Translations under genes and position numbers: made by a program
Part shown: piece by piece, positions 25,689 to 36,800 of the stretch
Numbering within the stretch: the first letter of the stretch is position 1
Layout of the letters: each line of letters starts with the position of its first letter
DNA from: Octopus bimaculoides
Taxonomy: Eukaryota
Length of the DNA stretch: 38,428 nt
NCBI RefSeq assembly: GCF_001194135.2
Contig: NC_068982.1
Span: 181,679,860 to 181,718,287, forward strand
Direction of reading: 5' to 3'
Notes under the pieces: generated by a model
Database searches by the model: none
What the model was told of the DNA's origin: nothing
The model's input: the letters and a program-made list of their open reading frames with translations, nothing else

Positions 25689-27049
25689 CATATGGAGAGG
25701 GAGAGAGAGAAAAAAAAAACATCTGTTCATAAATTCATGCTTCTCAGTCGCCGATTACGGAAGCCATAATTCGAAATATTCGTATCTTCTAATTCTTTTC
25801 AGTGCTATTTTTCACTTACGACGCAGTGTTTGTTGAAGTTTTTCTTCACATCGTAATTCCATTTTTGCAACAACTGCTTTGGTCTCGTTACACTTCGAAA
25901 CCTTGTAAATAACTTGGACACTGATTCTCATGATGAAAGTTCTACTGCTAATTTGCAAAGAGACGCTGTCATAAAATCACGTTTTTTATATGTGCACAAA
26001 ATTTGCATACATTTTTGAATTAAATATATAAAATTATTATATAATTATTATTTATTTTAGCATATTGCATTATCCTCGTCAACTTTAATAAATATCTAAT
26101 ATTTTGCATCACGTATTCCTTCGAATTCTATACACTATACATACATTAAATAGTTGTTAAATCGGGTAATGTATAGAAAGTTTTAATTTAAATTCACTGT
26201 CTATTGAGAATGATTCGCTTCTCTTGATATTTCACCACTATTCTGGCTAAAAGCAAACCAATCATTTAGAAGCTCAAAATAGCTTCTAGACATTATCTAA
26301 ATATAAATATAACCTCGCGTGATTGTGTGTTCCAATAAGATAACGAAATATCCATTAAGTATCTATTTTATATTTATTTATATTATGGACGTTAAGTATT
26401 ATTTTTATTTTATTCTATGCTCTTTAATTATGCATAAGGTAAACTTATTCGATTCTGATCAGCTAAGTCTCAAAACAAAAATATTTTTGTAGCTATATCA
26501 CGAATATATCTCACATACAGTGAACAATCTATATTTTATCAGCAGATCTAATTTTGTGATGAATTATGTGCTTAGTTTAATTTGAAATTCTAAATGCGTC
26601 CTCTAAATATTTAGATTGAATTAATGGACATAAATCATTTATAAAACATACGAACAAATTGTTGAAAGCGATCTCTTTTTTAATTTTCTTTATTGTTTTG
26701 CATTAATCTAAACATATCACCCTCGCAACGTAACATTTCAACAGAAGCAACGAAATTCAGCAGGTATAATAACGAATAATTACTTTCATTATCTAATCTA
26801 TCAAAATATTTCCATTATTTAATCTATCAATTCAATAGCTACTGTTACTCTAAGCGCTAACCTATTTCTCGTAATTCTCAAAATAAGAACAAGGTTGATG
26901 TAAGCTACAACCTGCTTTCAGCAAAGCATCTAGGTGGCTCATATCTATATTCAGTTTATTGATTCTGTTTGGAAATTGTAACTTCGAGGTATAACTGGAA
27001 TCACCATCTAAACTAAGCCGTGTCTACATCAGAGGGAATGTTGAAATCG

Positions 27050-27161
27050 GTCTAGATCCGTCTCAGTCTAAATCCGTCTCAGTCTAAATCCGTCTCAGTC
27101 TAAATCCGTTTCCGTCTAAATTCCTCTCAGTCTAAATCTCACTCGGTCTAAATCGCTCTTA
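27050..27161. repeat. Minisatellite, 7 copies of a 16-bp unit GTCTAAATCCGTCTCA
   Basis: Units start at 27050, 27066, 27082, 27098, 27114, 27130 and 27146; no spacers. Confidence 0.95.
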
Positions 27162-27383
27162 GTTTAATATTCGTGTAAATTGTGTAAACACGGACAAAGG
27201 GAAAAAAAAACATCATAACGATTTCCAAGAATAAAGTGAAAGAATTATTTCCAAAACTCAAGTTACACATAGCATTTAATATTTCAGTTGTACTTTTTAT
27301 TTTATTAATTCGGTGAAATACAAAGGTCTCGTTTGATGCCTAAATCTGAAGCGCATTTTATGATGGTTAATTCATCTAAATGT

Positions 27384-27774
27384 GGAGGCGCAATGGCCCA
27401 GTGGTTAGGGCAGCGGACTCGCGGTCATAGGATCACGGTTTCGATTCCGAGACCGGGCCTTGTGAGTGTTTATTCAGCGAAAACACCTAAAGCTCCACGA
27501 GGCTCCAGCAGGGGATGGTGGTGAACCCTGCTGTACTCCTCCACCACAACTTTCTCTTACTCTTACTTCCTGTTTCTCTTGTGCCTGTAATTCAAAGGGT
27601 CAGCCTTGTCACACTGTGTTACGCTGGATATCCCCGAGAACTATGTTAAGGGTACACGTGTCTATGGAGTGCTCAGCCACTTGCACGTTGATTTCACTAG
27701 GAGGCTGTTCCGTTGATCAGACTAACTGGAACCCTCAACGTCGTAGGCGACGGAGTGCCAACAACAGCAAACAA
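27384..27774 (+). mobile_element. Near full-length tRNA-derived SINE
   Basis: GGAGGCGCAATGGCCCAGTGGTTAGG A-box, GGTTTCGATTCCGAGACC B-box, about 300-bp body and AACAAC tail; recalled abundant octopus SINE. Confidence 0.9.
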
Positions 27775-28934
27775 TTGATCTAAATATTTTGCAATATATT
27801 TTTGAAGCAATATTAACTAATACCACTAAAACTATTTATGTGCAATCCAATTAATTATGTAGAGCACAGTTGTACCACCGCGACTTTTTATTACTGAATC
27901 TATTTAATGCAATAGAAGTATTAACAAATGATTATATAGTCTTAGTAGCACAGGGTATTCCACCAATACAGTGGTATTTCAATCATGACTTGCTTAATGA
28001 AGTACAAACTTCAATAAAAGAGAAAGTATCATGTAGACCAAAACTGAATCAATGTTTGATTATAGATTCATATCTTCAGAAATTTACTCTTCCTTTCTCA
28101 AAACAGGAGTACAGTAATCTATAATGCATTACAGATAACTGTTACAGTAAGGCCTAGAAATATTATTTCGGTCATTCTAGATAAAGATATAAAGGATTAT
28201 GCTTCTACTCTATGATTTGGATTCCATTTCGTTCAATCGGAAGAGTTTTCGTTTAGAAAGTGAAAATTAGTATCTTTAGTAGAGGTTTCATGTGTTAATG
28301 GTAAAGCAAGTGCACAAGTAAAATACAATCAGTGAATGATGCAAAAGAAGACTAATTGAATATATACAGCTGGGTTGAAAGTCATTATGCTTCAAATACA
28401 TCTGGTCAATTTCTAGTATTAAATTACTATTTGATGTTCGTTTTTGAAAACTGTGCTACTTATATACCGATGCGATTTCTTAAAGAGAAGCAGTACGGAA
28501 AAAGCATCACCAAAGTTAGATAGAGAACCCAATCGCCCATCCTATAATATACGTTCCAGATGTTATACTAAACGAGAAAATGGAAGGCGTTGTGATAGTA
28601 TTGCCAAAGACATGCTGGCAGCAATGAAGACCGTAAGGAGTAACCTATTCGCCGTTTATGGTTTATTGAATTCTGATTTTTTTTTAATGCATTGTTCTTG
28701 GATTATATTCATAGAGAGAGAACTGTGTTCCTCGCCAATGACATGTCTTTCTGTCTAGTATCGAAGACGCCTTAGGCCACTGGGCATATACAATGCAGTG
28801 AGACAACGAAAGAGACATATATAGCAATGGAAGACGGCTTGAATTGAAAACACATTGGCAAAATTCACATCAAATGTACTGTCCCGCTCCTTCATCCTAC
28901 ACAGTGCAGAATACTTTGACTCACATTATCTCTG

Positions 28935-28965
<31 letters not shown>

Positions 28966-28967
28966 TT

Positions 28968-29733
28968 GTGCAAGAGAGACGATTGCGCTGGTATGGACAT
29001 GTGGTGAGAATGGATGAGGATAACTGCGTGAAAAAGTGCCACACCCTAACAGTTGAGGGAACCCGTGGAAGAGGTAGGCCCAGGAAGACCTGGGCTGAGG
29101 TGGTGAGGCAAGACCTTCGTACATTGGGCCTCACCGAGGCGATGACTACTGACCGAGACCTTTGGAAATGTGCTGTGTGTGAGAGGACCTGGCAAGCCAA
29201 GTGAGATCGTTGCCAGTGCCCCTGGACTGGTTCTTGTGCGGGTGGCACNNNNNNNNNNNNNNNNNNNNNNNNNNNNNNNNNNNNNNNNNNNNNNNNNNNN
29301 NNNNNNNNNNNNNNNNNNNNNNNNNNNNNNNNNNNNNNNNNNNNNNNNNNNNNNNNNNNNNNNNNNNNNNNNNNNNNNNNNNNNNNNNNNNNNNNNNNNN
29401 NNNNNNNNNNNNNNNNNNNNNNNNNNNNNNNNNNNNNNNNNNNNNNNNNNNNNNNNNNNNNNNNNNNNNNNNNNNNNNNNNNNNNNNNNNNNNNNGGGTG
29501 GCACATAAAAGACACAATTTCGAGCGTGGCCGTTTTCGTGCGGGTGACACGTAAAAGCACCCACTACACTCTCTGAGTGGTTAGCGTTAGGAAGGGCATC
29601 CAGCTGTAGAAACTCTGCCAAATTAGACTGGAGCCTGGTGTTGCCATCCGGTTTCACCAGTCCTCAGTCAAATCGTCCAACCCATGCTAGCATGGAAAGC
29701 GGACGTTAAACGATGATGATGATGATGATGATG
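28968..29733 (+). mobile_element. 5'-truncated RTE-clade LINE: ORF2 C-terminus, 3' UTR and (GAT)n tail
   Basis: QERRLRWYGHVVRMDEDNCVKKC..LTVEGTRGRGRPRKTW.EVVRQDL..LGL...MT.DRDLWK is the typical RTE ORF2 end; stop at 29202-29204; (GAT)n tail at about 29712-29733; gap 29249-29495 lies inside the UTR. Confidence 0.93.
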
Positions 29734-30385
29734 CATACATACTCTCTTATATATCTATAATTTGATTTCAATGTTGTTGCTGTTAAATTTGATTAGAATA
29801 GTTAAACTGGAAAACATGATGCATGTGTAGAAACGTATGCTACTGAACTAATTATTAAACGAAGTTGGTCAATTATCGATAATTGAAAGCAAATTGCAAA
29901 CATTCGATAAGTATTTTCCATGTATAGATAGAAGTAAATTTAGGCTTTACCAGAAAGTAAAATTTGAAGCATGAATGAGGAACCTAACCGAGCTCCATTA
30001 GTGTATAAATGACATCTGATGAATTCAGCAGCACGCGACATTCGAGCATCCTTTACTACCAAGAACAGTGGCAAATGCAAGAAAACAATTTGTGTCTGTG
30101 CCTTCTGGAGCGTCAATAAATATCAAGTTACCTTCATTGTTAAATTCATTATTATTTTATTGTACTAAATATTAAAAAATTAGTTATTGTCATGTATAAG
30201 CACCCCTCTGACGAATTTAGCTGAATAAATCAACCCTAGTTTTTATTTATTAAAGTCTAGAAAATCTTATTCTATAGTTATTCTTTCTAAGTCAAGGGCA
30301 TGTAAAAACCAAGCAGTGGGGGCATAAAAAGAGACACACTACATACACACACGTGTACACACCAACCCTAACTACCTAACCCCCC

Positions 30386-30425
<40 letters not shown>

Positions 30426-31224
30426 TCACAGATGAGATCCTTGTAGAGAGTGCTCAAAAGGTTCAAACTTAGACGCTGATGTTTTACAGGGGATCATTTC
30501 ACAAAGTAGAGAAAGGCTATAAGAGGGATCAAATTGAGTGGAATAGATACTATTATGCGGATACCCAAACTAATACATTTAATATATTTGATGTATGTAA
30601 TTTGTTTAGCCACATAATTCCCTCACTCTCTCTCTCTCTCTCTCTCTCTNNNNNNNNNNNNNNNNNNNNNNNNNNNNNNNNNNNNNNNNNNNNNNNNNNN
30701 NNNNNNNNNNNNNNNNNNNNNNNNNNNNNNNNNNNNNNNNNNNNNNNNNNNNNNNNNNNNNNNNNNNNNNNNNNNNNNNNNNNNNNNNNNNNNNNNNNNN
30801 NNNNNNNNNNNNNNNNNNNNNNNNNNNNNNNNNNNNNNNNNNNNNNNNNNNNNNNNNNNNNNNNNNNNNNNNNNNNNNNNNNNNNNNNNNNNNNNNNNNN
30901 NNNNNNNNNNNNNNNNNNNNNNNNNNNNNNNNNNNNNNNNNNNNNNNNNNNNNNNNNNNNNNNNNNNNNNNNNNNNNNNNNNNNNNNNNNNNNNNNNNNN
31001 NNNNNNNNNNNNNNNNNNNNNNNNNNNNNNNNNNNNNNNNNNNNNNNNNNNNNNNNNNNNNNNNNNNNNNNNNNNNNNNNNNNNNNNNNNNNNNNNNNNN
31101 NNNNNNNNNNNNNNNNNNNNNNNNNNNNNNNNNNNNNNNNNNNNNNNNNNNNNNNNNNNNNNNNNNNNNNNNNNNNNNNNNNNNNNNNNNNNNNNCAGAA
31201 AGTTCACTCTTTAATTGACTGAAT

Positions 31225-32117
31225 GATAAGCTCCTTGAGGCATTACCTGAAGAAAATCCTGCATTATCAGTTGAAGAATTGGCAATAAAGCTTAGTTCAA
31301 ACCATACAACTGTTCATCGTCATCTTCAACAACTTGGAAAGGTTCCTAAACTTAGAAAATGGGTGCTTTGTGAATTGTTCGAAATCAACCGCATATCTGG
31401 ATTTGAAATCTGCCCTTCACTCCATTCTCGCGAACTCATTTCACACTTTTTGGATAGACTGATGACTGGTGACCAATATGTATCTTCTATCGAAATGTTA
31501 AACGTCGTAAACAGTGGCTTGGTAAAAGGGAAAATGCTCAGCCACAACGGAGAAAATAGGAAAACGTTTCTTCTGTCTAACTGGTTGGATTGCAAAGGAG
31601 TTATTCAATTTGAATTGTTACCACCTAATGCTACAATCAATGCTCAAGTCTAACGTCAGCAATTAGAGCGTTTGAACCAAGCTTTGAAGTAAAAACAAAA
31701 AAAAGACCCGCTTTAGTGAATCGAAAAGGAGTGATATTTCATCAGGACAATGCGCTACCCCACACTGCAAAGATTGCATAATAGAAGATCGAATAGCTTG
31801 GTTCGGAAAAATTCCTCATCCACCTTTTCTCCTGACCTTGCTCCTTCATACTACCATTTGTTTCGTAGTTTACTGAATCATTTGGGGGACATAACGTTCG
31901 CAAGCCAGGAAGAGGACGAAACTGACATTTCAGGGTTCTTCGCTTTGAAACCAAATGAGGTTTACATTGATGGGATTAAAAAGCTTGTAAATAGATGGAA
32001 GGAAGTCATAGATAATCAGGGAAAGTACATTGATGATTAAATTCCAATTACATATAATATTTCATCACTTGTTTTCTTTATTCAAAATTCGGACAGAACT
32101 TATGGGATGACCTTATA
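31225..32117 (+). pseudogene. Mariner transposase pseudogene (family B, second copy) with 3' TIR
   Basis: IKLSSNHTTVHRHLQQLGKVPKL.KWV...LMTGD..LLPPNATINAQV; HQDNALPHTA; SPDLAPSYYHLFRSL...DGIKKLVNRWKEVIDNQGKYIDD*. 3' TIR CGGACAGAACTTATGGGATGACCTTA followed by TA. Confidence 0.95.
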
Positions 32118-32414
32118 TATATTTATTTAACCATTTGTTATACTTAAGATTACTGCCGTTTCGCACTCTTCAAAAGTAATAATAATTTTCACATATAACA
32201 AATTGCACAGGGGAACTGCTTTGAACATAATTTCTGTTATGTTTGCTTTCTCATTTGATTTAGACATCTTGGCATGATCATTTCTAAACTACAGTCAGTT
32301 TTCTTCTATCACGTCAAGGTTATTTTCTACAGCTTACTCTCTAAATAGATAAAATTATATTGTTTGTACCTAAGTAATTGGGCTGGTTCACTACTTCCAT
32401 TATTTCATTGATAA

Positions 32415-33549
32415 CACAGGGGAACATTTTCGAAATATTTTCAGTCGTCTTGATCTTTACATATAGTGCTACCTAATTTGATGGTGTTCGGTTCAGAAAT
32501 TTTCTATCACATCTAGTGGTTTTGTAAAACAGTATTCAATTTTGCCATTAAAATGCAATAATGAAATAATATAATCTCACAAGCCAAATAGTATTTATTA
32601 TTGTTTAACTAATACAAAATGCTTAATTACACATCTAAGGATGAACATTTCTATCAAACTAGAGTTTCAGTCAATTAAAGAGTGAACTTTCTGTCTGAGG
32701 CTTCGCGAAAATAACTTACTCCACGATATTCTCTTTACAGGGACGAGAAGTGGTCAAGCAACATATTTGTGTTCCACCTGCCTTGATACTTAGTCTCTAT
32801 GCTCTTGATATTTTGATAGAATCTTTCTATTTGCTCACCACTTATTGCACTATGATGTTCAGGGACGCAGTGCAAATGACTGTGCAAGAAATACACTTTT
32901 AAATTCATGCTGAATGCCTGTGCTCGAAGACTGGTTAACAGGGTTTGCATAGGTTCTTACTAAGTTAATGATTTCCTGTTCCCTCGGTAATCTTATGCAT
33001 TTGCAGCAATAGTATTCCATACTACAGTTTCAACACCAGATCTGGCCTCCAAACAGTGCTTGTCCTGCAAAATCCATCTAATCTGTAGTTGTTCAAACAC
33101 ACCAATCTTAATTTTCTCACAAGACAAAACCGTAAACTTACTGCTTACGTTTTTGAAACAAACACTATGTCAGTGTTTCAACACTTGCTTTACTCACTAT
33201 ATGGTGTGCCCAAACTTTGTCTTAATCACCCACTTTCATGTTAAAGTAAGATTAGCTTTCTTCTCAAAATCTGTGGGTTTTTTCGCTCACTTGGTAATGC
33301 GTAACATCCACAAATATAGCAGAAGAATTCGGGGCTCTTTTCGCATTTTCCTATATGTAACATCGCGATTAAAACATTAAGGGCGCATTTAAAATAGCAA
33401 TTTTTATAAGTAGTTACGTGTTCAGCAAAATACGTCTCACCTGGTTTGCAAAGTTAGTCGCACTAAATCAAGCTCAGCGTGAGCATATCTGCAGACAAAT
33501 TTACAAATAAGAGACATGTATGATCTCAAGAATCTCAGCAAGCAGTGTG
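32415..33549 (-). mobile_element. Internally deleted Chapaev-type (CMC, Chapaev3-like) DNA transposon relic
   Basis: N-terminal zinc-finger GKCEKSPEFFCYICGCY..MKVGD*DKVWAHHIVSKASVETL (about 33180-33352); C-terminal MNLKVYFLHSHL..VPEH..AISGEQIERFYQNIK.IETKYQGRWN..ML.D...SL (32735-32910); terminus TAA|CACAGGGGAAC at 32415. The family name is from memory and the right boundary is uncertain. Confidence 0.75.
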
Positions 33550-33739
33550 TTGTTTTTAACATCTAACTATATAAAGGACATTTCAGTCATCATCATGATA
33601 TTTAAAACTGGTAACATTGAAAATAGTGAGTGTTACTCATCTTTGATCATCTCTACTTACTGAAGATTTCAATTTTTGAGTTCCATTTACTTTAAATTAC
33701 ATTGAAAAACTGTTTTCACAATTACATAAAGAGAACATC

Positions 33740-33860
33740 CACTGTGTTTCTGTCTCCCAATTCGTCTTCCTGGGGCAATAGTAGGAGACATTTGCCCAAT
33801 TAGCCGCAGTGGGACTGAATGTGGAAGCACATGGTTGTTAAGCGATTTTCTTGACGACAG
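33740..33860 (-). mobile_element. Degenerate SINE fragment related to the 8880-9234 family
   Basis: Reverse complement AACCATGTGCTTCCACATTCAGTCCCACTGCGG..TTGGGCAAATGTCTCCTACTAT aligns by eye with 8918-8980. Confidence 0.65.
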
Positions 33861-36800
33861 AGTCAGACTGAAAAAGCAATTCCAGACAGGTTTATTCGTA
33901 TGGCTTGTTGATTGGGTTTTGACACCTAGATCTCTAATGCTTAACTTCTCGAAGAGAGGGTATCCATAATGCAACAAATGTGAAGCCGGTTTCTTCATAA
34001 CCCGGAGGAATAAAGTTGAAAATATATAATGTTGTATAATTTCTTAGCTTTAATATATTGAGAAGCCGCCTTTGTATTTCACAAAGGAAAGCGAAAATAA
34101 ATATAGATAATTAATACAGTTTTATACTCGACGAAAATCGTAGATATTTGAAGAATTTGGTGACTGTCTTGTTTTGGAACATGTGTACATTCTTCCATTT
34201 ATGTCGCGTTTCTCCTTCGCTATCAGGTTTCAATGCTGCAAACACAACAAATTCATTTGTAGGCAAATTATAACTTCCGGGATACTTGTTATCTTGCCAC
34301 TAATCGTTCTGTATTGCAAGAGTAACATCTGTTTTGTTTTTTTATTCATTGTACCAGCTTTCTTAAGTTCTTGAACAAAAATATGTTTTAGCAGCTGAAG
34401 CCATGGCAAAATGAAGAGCGGAGAAAGTAATAGCATTCGAAATTTCTCTTATATTCCATTTTGCAACCCTCTACAGTAAATATTAAACTGGTTATTCAGA
34501 ATTGTAAAATGAGTTTTGTAGAGAGAATGGTGCGTCTGACTTGTTGCACTAAAAGTTATAAAACAAAATTCCAGGAATTCTTTAAGTAGGAAGGTCAACA
34601 ATAACCGTTAGTACCGTTGTATTTCTGGGTACACATAGTCATAAACGTTTTGAATATGAAGACGTTTCTGGATGTAAGTCATCAAGTATATCTGCTACTT
34701 CTTGAATATGGATTACACTAGATTTACAGAAAAATACCTATATCGGAGTCTTCCCTTACACTTTCTCATGAATCTTGGTACATTAAAATGACGCTAACAT
34801 ACGCCTATGAATCCACAGTTGTAATGTGTTGTATTCATTGTTATTTTTAGCACTGACCTATACCATGATACTTTGTAACATTGAATTATTTTGATTCTGC
34901 ACTATTAATTGCTACGTTTCGTCTTGAGGAAGTAATTTGCGTGGTTGATGATAATGCTCAAATGACATTCTCCTTAACTCTATCCACATTCTTGAGAATC
35001 CTTTTGTCATCTCTATGCAATGCCTCATTTTGTGTAGACATGTATTAGCAATGTTTCAAGGATAGTTTCGTTGTGCTGCTGTATGTAAGTCAGCATGTTG
35101 AGCGAAGTTACATTATCATTCCCATTGAAAATATGGTATCATTGCTAATCTCTATATCCTTCAAAAACCTAAATAAAGATGAGTCCTAGCTGCTATTGCC
35201 AATACAGTTTCTGTGGCTGTATATCTTATATTGAAATATAACCACACTATTCATGAGTAAATTTTTTCATGAGCTGATGTTCGGGGAGCTTCATAAGGTT
35301 GTCATCATTTTTTTCCATTTTCTTTTCTTTCATTCTCTAACTATATTTTCTGTTTCATTCGTTGTTTCTTATATTTGCTGTTTCATTTGAAGAAATGGTG
35401 CGTTAGCCTTTCATATTCAGCCATTCGTGGAATAATGTGCTTGGCCAAACTGCCAATGCAGAAAGGAATAGCAAGAAAAGAAAAAAAAGAATAAAGTATT
35501 CTACGCAAACGGCCCAACTTTCTGGTATTGGTCGCATCGAATTTTGTAAATAGAAAATTCTTGCTTAAAAATAGTTTCGAGTAGACAAAAAGTGACAAGC
35601 ATACTTTTAATGCTTTCTTCTCAAATTTGGAACATTTTTAACAATAACCTATAAATTCATGTATTATTTATACAAAGTTTACAAAGAATAAATAGATAAG
35701 ATTTTTAAAATCAATTTTACAAATAATTGTTCAGGAATCGTAAATATTACGAAAGACTTAATTTCTTTCACTTCATTATATATTTAATGTAAATTATACT
35801 TATTAACTATAATTTGCTGCATAATAACATGTATATTGCTTTTGACATCTTTGCTTCCATATTTTCCTAATAAATAATAAATTAAACGTTGTTTGTGTCG
35901 CTATGCTGAATAAATTGTATAAATTAACTGCTTATTTATTTACCGATCCATTCGTTTATCTGTTGCTTCCTTTCACCAAATAAATTTCCCTGAAATCATC
36001 CTGTAGTGAGGAGAGTATGTATCAGATGGACAGTCACTGTCTTTTTCAGTGAGGTCTCACTAAATACTTTAATATGGTTGAACAGAAAAGATTTAGCTTT
36101 CAAATATTTTATTTCCTTTTCATGAAAATCAATATGTACTTTGTAAAACATTTTTACGATTCCTTGTAAGGTTTTTTTTTCATCATAAGAATGTGTCTTT
36201 GTAGCTGATTTGAGGGAGATTTGGCTGTTGTTTCTAGCATGTCAAGTAAGTAGGAAAAGTGTTCATGTTTCTCAAAAATGTGTGTGATGCTAAGATTTGT
36301 GGCAGCCGAATACAAAAAACAAACTATTTGCTTTCTCCTAACAATTTTGTGAAGGCGGCCCTCTATATGGCCGCAGTCTAATGACTGCAAGAAGTAAAAG
36401 AATAAATATACATGTAATGGAACGATCATGAAAAAGTTCTAGTTATTCATTCAGTCTAAGTTTTCGAATTAGAATATACACTTTGTCGCACAGGCTAAAG
36501 TCATGATAAAATAATTTCTAAGTAGATTTCTTATATTGTATCCTAAAGGTTCGAACAAGTTACATATTTTAGAGTATGTATGTTCTGCTGAGCCAAATCT
36601 CGGGCTTGTGAAAGGATATGTCTGCTGGTGATTGCACAAACACCTAACACAATTAGACATATATTCTGCATGTTACAAGTTTCACTTATCTGTGAGCAAC
36701 AGTGGTGTATATTGAGTACAACTTATTTCAGTCTTTATCAATATAAGAAAGGAATATATGATTATCAAAATTTGCTTCTTAATAAATACAATTGATTAAT

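Noticed and set aside
27050-27161. CRISPR-like array
   Set aside because: Units are directly tandem with no spacers, there are no cas genes, and the context is eukaryotic
27384-27460. tRNA genes at SINE heads (also 4480-4556 and 8880-8950)
   Set aside because: A and B boxes are present, but the sequences run on into SINE bodies and lack a full cloverleaf
28444-28758. 104-aa ORF vaguely like a second RTE C-terminus
   Set aside because: Lacks the RW.GH and GRP core motifs
14164-31222. Long ORFs of 100-330 aa in the ORF track
   Set aside because: They consist of X from N-gaps plus microsatellite translations
33900-33990. LFEKLSIRDLGV resembling the CR1 RT C-terminus
   Set aside because: Too short to support, and the rest of the ORF overlaps a SINE fragment
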